A DNA stretch of 64,000 bases. Origin: Eledone cirrhosa. Its lineage: Eukaryota. The stretch covers positions 65,720,001 to 65,784,000 of the forward strand of contig OZ024741.1 in NCBI GenBank assembly GCA_964016885.1. Direction: 5' to 3'. Each line of letters starts with the position of its first letter. The stretch's first letter is position 1. Of this stretch, positions 62,334-64,000 are shown piece after piece. Below the pieces are notes generated by a model. The model was given only the letters and a program-made list of their open reading frames with translations. It was not told the origin of the DNA and ran no database searches. The translations under genes were made by a program, and so were the position numbers.

Positions 62334-64000
62334 GTGACAAAAAAGGCAGTGCTTCAATTTGAGCAACGCATAGCAACCAGCCCTGACAGTAAGGTGTTCT
62401 GGAAGTATGTTCACCCAAAGCAGAGGCCTCACTCTCCAGTTGGTCCTCTTCGCAATCCCCACACAAGCCAGATTACTGACGACCCCAAGGAATGTGCAGA
62501 ACTCATTGCTGAATGCTATGCAGGCATTTTCCCTATAGAAGACCAGAGTGTACCTTCTCCACCACCTATGACACCGGATTCTATTACAACTATGGAATTT
62601 ACACCTGCAATGCTACGTCACCTTAAAAATAAACGCAACCATGCCTCTCCTGGTCTTGATGGTGTTACGTACCTGCTTCTCAAATGTGATGGGTACTTCC
62701 TTCTGCACCAGCTATCACGCTTCTTCCAATTCTGTCTGAACAACGGTGTTACTCCAGAACAGTGGAAAACTGCCAGTGTCATTCCTCTATTCATAAAGGG
62801 TGACCGCACATCACCTGTGAACTATTGTCCAGTCAGTCTTACTAGCTGCATTGCCAAACTGATGGAATCCTGTGTCAGAGAAACACTTTGGCTCTTCTGG
62901 AACTCTCAGTCTTATCCAGCCCTCGCATTTGGATTTATCCCTAATTCCAGCTGCTGTGATCAACTTATCGAGTTTCTTGAAAACATCACCCGGATCACTG
63001 ATGGCGGCTCATGGGTGGATGTTGTTTACCTTGACTTTGCTAAAGCTTTCAATTCTGTGCCACACAAAAGGCTTATGGGAAAACTCTCTGCAATGGGTGT
63101 GAAGGATGATCTTTTTAACTGGTTGAAGTCCTTCATTCTCAGTCGAAGAGAGGTAGTCACAGTTCTAGGACAGCATTCCTCACCATATGAGATGTAATCT
63201 GGTGTACCACAGGGATCTGTTCTTGGTCCCCTTTTGTTTGTGGTATATATTAATGACATAGATGCCAACTTAAAGAATGCCACAGTTCTGAAATATGTAG
63301 ATGACATCAAGCTGTACCTTGAGATAAAAAGGACAGATCCTGAACAATATAGATCTTGCCTGCAATCTGACCTGGACACAATGCAACAATGGATCACAGA
63401 CTGGCAACTTAAGCTGGCTGTGGACAAGTGTACCACCATGCATTTTGGGAGTAAAAACCCAGCGTCCACATACTCCCTCCACAAAACTAACATCAAGAAG
63501 TCTTCTTGTGAACGTGACCTGGGCATTATTGTCAGCAGCGATTTGCGTTGGACGAAGTACGTCTTTAAAATTGTCAAGAAGGCCGAGGGTGTCTTAGCAT
63601 CATTCAGCAAGACCTTTGTCAGCCGCTCTCCAACTATCTATTTAAAGCTGTACATAGCTATGGTGCGGCCACACTTAGAATTTGCATCACCAGTCTGGAA
63701 CCCCTATCTTGCTCAAACATTGACCGCCTGGAAACTTCAGAGATGTGCAACCCAGCAAATACCCTCCATCAGGCATCTACCATACTCTGAACGCCTTGCT
63801 TCCCTGGGCATGGATATATTGAAGCTCCGACGTCTGGCAACTGACTTGGTAAACACCCACAAAATTATTACCCATCTTGCCAACAACAACCCAGAGTACC
63901 TTTTTGATTTCCATGTGTCTAACACACATGGGCATGCCCACAAAGTCAGAAAACAGCATAGTTCCCATGACTTTCGGAAACATTTTTTCACGCTCAGAGT
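62334..64000 (+). mobile_element. CR1-clade LINE ORF2 (RT), 5'-truncated and running off the window end
   Basis: VIPLFIKGDR..PVNY.PVSLTS, VDVVYLDFAKAFNSVPH, SGVPQGSVLGPLLF..YINDI, KYVDDIKL, ERDLGIIV and VRPHLEFASPVWNPY, with stops and frameshifts. Confidence 0.93.

Overview
Eukaryotic, very AT-rich DNA dense in microsatellites and transposons. The repeat complement (tRNA-derived CORE-type and Nin/Deu-type SINEs, RTE and CR1 LINEs, Penelope-like remnants, mariner/maT, piggyBac MITEs, Helitrons) suggests a coleoid cephalopod such as an octopus; this is an inference. The only well-supported host gene is the 3' half of a minus-strand NOSTRIN-like F-BAR/HR1/SH3 gene. Its five exons (60867-60779, 58228-58100, 56041-55903, 51802-51680, 48945-48842) splice in frame through GT-AG introns, and its 5' part lies beyond the window. 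There is also an orphan thymidylate kinase (DTYMK) exon at 36979-36814 with its conserved ERYE motif degraded, a possible first coding exon at 14475-14397, and an RFX X-box. The most unusual structures are: (i) unrelated fold-back elements embedded in (TA)n that carry type I hammerhead ribozyme folds with palindromic stem III, several apparently intact; (ii) two RTE LINE copies with a C4HC3 PHD finger inserted inside the reverse transcriptase region; (iii) an RTE family carrying a SINE-body module as its 3' UTR; (iv) a 13x78-bp array of hairpin units and other long dsRNA-forming structures inside NOSTRIN introns. All calls come from reading the sequence by eye; no database search was run and repeat boundaries are approximate.
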